Assembly (NCBI GenBank): GCA_964373885.1
Contig: CAYJWM010000002.1
Coordinates: forward strand, 2,189-66,188
DNA: 64,000 nucleotides
Direction of reading: 5' to 3'
Origin: an uncultured bacterium
Lineage (GTDB): Bacteria > Omnitrophota > Omnitrophia > Omnitrophales > Danuiimicrobiaceae
A program made the translations under genes and the position numbers. Under the pieces are notes generated by a model, which did no database searches, was not told the origin of the DNA, and saw nothing but the letters and a program-made list of their open reading frames with translations. Numbering within the stretch: the first letter of the stretch is position 1; each line of letters opens with the position of its first letter. Below are positions 62,951 through 64,000 of this stretch, piece after piece.

Positions 62951-64000
62951 AAGGATCTGTATTGATTGTTGAAGATGATGCGCTGGTCCGTGAATCGCTT
63001 TATGAGGTCTTAAATCTTTCGGGCTATCAGGTCGGTTTGGCCGCGGACGGAAAGGAAGGTTTTTCAAGGCTGGAACACCAACCGTTTGATGTGGCGCTTG
63101 TCGATTTGCGGCTTCCGGAGATCAACGGGATTGATTTTTTGAAAGAGGCAAAAAGCCGTTTTCCGGCTTTGGATGTGTTGATGATGACAAGCTTCGGGAC
63201 CATTGAGAGCGCGGTGGAAGCCATGAAGCTTGGAGCCAATGATTACTTCACAAAACCGATCAATGACGATGAAATTAAAATTTTACTGAACCGCATTTTT
63301 GAAACAAGGCATCTGAAAGACGAGAACAAACAACTCAGGGAAGAACTGACAGAGAAAAAAAGTCATTTCCACGATATTGTGGGTACGCATCTGGAGATGC
63401 AAAAAATTTATTCCGTGATTGAAGCGATCCGCAATACGGAGACCACTGTTTTGCTTAAAGGAGAAAGCGGCACCGGAAAAGGCATGATTGCCCAGGCGAT
63501 TCACCAATCCGACCCGGCTCGGAAAGACAAGCCCTACGTGGAAGTGAGCTGCGGAGCCATTCCCAGGGAACTTTTGGAAAGCGAGTTGTTCGGCCATGTC
63601 AAAGGCGCTTTTACGCATGCGATCCGCGACCGAGTGGGCCGTTTTGAGCTTGCCGACGGGGGCACCATTGTGTTGGACGAAATTGACGCGCTCCCGCCGT
63701 ATTTGCAGGTGAAGCTCTTGCGGGTACTTCAACAAAAAGTGTTTGAACGGGTCGGCGATACCAAAACGATGCGCGTGAATGTGCGCATCATCGCTTCGAC
63801 CAATATTGATCTTCAGGAAGAAATTAAGAAGGGGAATTTCAGGGAAGACCTCTATTACCGTTTAAATGTCATTACGATCGATGTGCTGCCTCTTCGCAGG
63901 CGCAAAGAAGATATCCCGCAGCTGGTTCAGCATTTTCTCAATTTTTTTAACGCGAAAATGGGGAAACAAATCAAAGGGGTAGATAAGACGATCATGAAGT
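62947..64000 (+). CDS. Sigma-54-dependent response regulator (NtrC family; PrsR-like), 3' end outside the window
   Basis: My own translation from ATG 62947 (ATGA overlap): REC domain (LIVEDD...VDLRLPEING), AAA+ Walker A GESGTGKG, GAFT loop (GHVKGAFTHA), Walker B TIVLDEID, and RVNVRIIASTN. It is open to the window end. Confidence 0.9.
   Translation, partial: MKGSVLIVEDDALVRESLYEVLNLSGYQVGLAADGKEGFSRLEHQPFDVALVDLRLPEINGIDFLKEAKSRFPALDVLMMTSFGTIESAVEAMKLGANDYFTKPINDDEIKILLNRIFETRHLKDENKQLREELTEKKSHFHDIVGTHLEMQKIYSVIEAIRNTETTVLLKGESGTGKGMIAQAIHQSDPARKDKPYVEVSCGAIPRELLESELFGHVKGAFTHAIRDRVGRFELADGGTIVLDEIDALPPYLQVKLLRVLQQKVFERVGDTKTMRVNVRIIASTNIDLQEEIKKGNFREDLYYRLNVITIDVLPLRRRKEDIPQLVQHFLNFFNAKMGKQIKGVDKTIMK

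Noticed and set aside
1-64000. Search for mobile-element hallmarks, tRNA/rRNA genes, CRISPR arrays, or toxin/defence genes.
   Set aside because: I recognised no integrase, transposase or recombinase motifs, no tRNA-like cloverleaf candidates in the four intergenic gaps, and no repeat-spacer arrays. The only repeats are short REP-like palindromes.

Overview
No tools were run. All calls come from reading the sequence and the supplied ORF translations, so family assignments are motif-level recognitions, not search results.

The whole 64-kb window is one co-directional block. Every credible gene is on the + strand, and many junctions are ATGA or similar stop/start overlaps. It encodes a very large exopolysaccharide (EPS) biosynthesis locus of the PEP-CTERM/exosortase type from a Gram-negative-type bacterium. 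I cannot assign a taxon.

Gene order along the window:
- **271-2312:** an AsmA-like protein and a small PQ-loop-like membrane protein.
- **2635-7120:** the classical PEP-CTERM-locus export and chain-length module. It holds a small MerR-type HTH, a Wza-like exporter, a chain-length determinant, an ExeA-like ATPase and a BY-tyrosine kinase.
- **7144-11324:** a hexosaminuronic-acid precursor block (SDR epimerase, glmS, UDP-HexNAc dehydrogenase).
- **12104-24001:** an unusual tailoring cassette. It contains 3 asparagine-synthase-like genes, 3 tandem ATP-grasp paralogues, a GNAT, an HD-like/cupin fusion and a methyltransferase.
- **25040-54801:** a partly duplicated assembly region. It has two Wzx flippases, two Wzy/O-antigen-ligase-like proteins, about 12 glycosyltransferase domains and several polysaccharide deacetylases. 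Fusions include GT2-aminotransferase-GT2, GT4-GT4 and GT4-deacetylase.
- **54881-61413:** exosortase, EpsI, the priming sugar transferase, two PEP-CTERM-tailed proteins and a TPR lipoprotein.
- **61670-64000:** a GAF histidine kinase and a sigma-54-dependent response regulator that is cut by the window end.

Short palindromic REP/MITE-like repeats of at least three families are scattered through the locus, and several are translated in frame at gene termini. I saw no rRNA, tRNA, CRISPR array, transposase or integrase.

The best candidate for an undescribed system is the amide-ligase-rich cassette at 12.1-24.0 kb.
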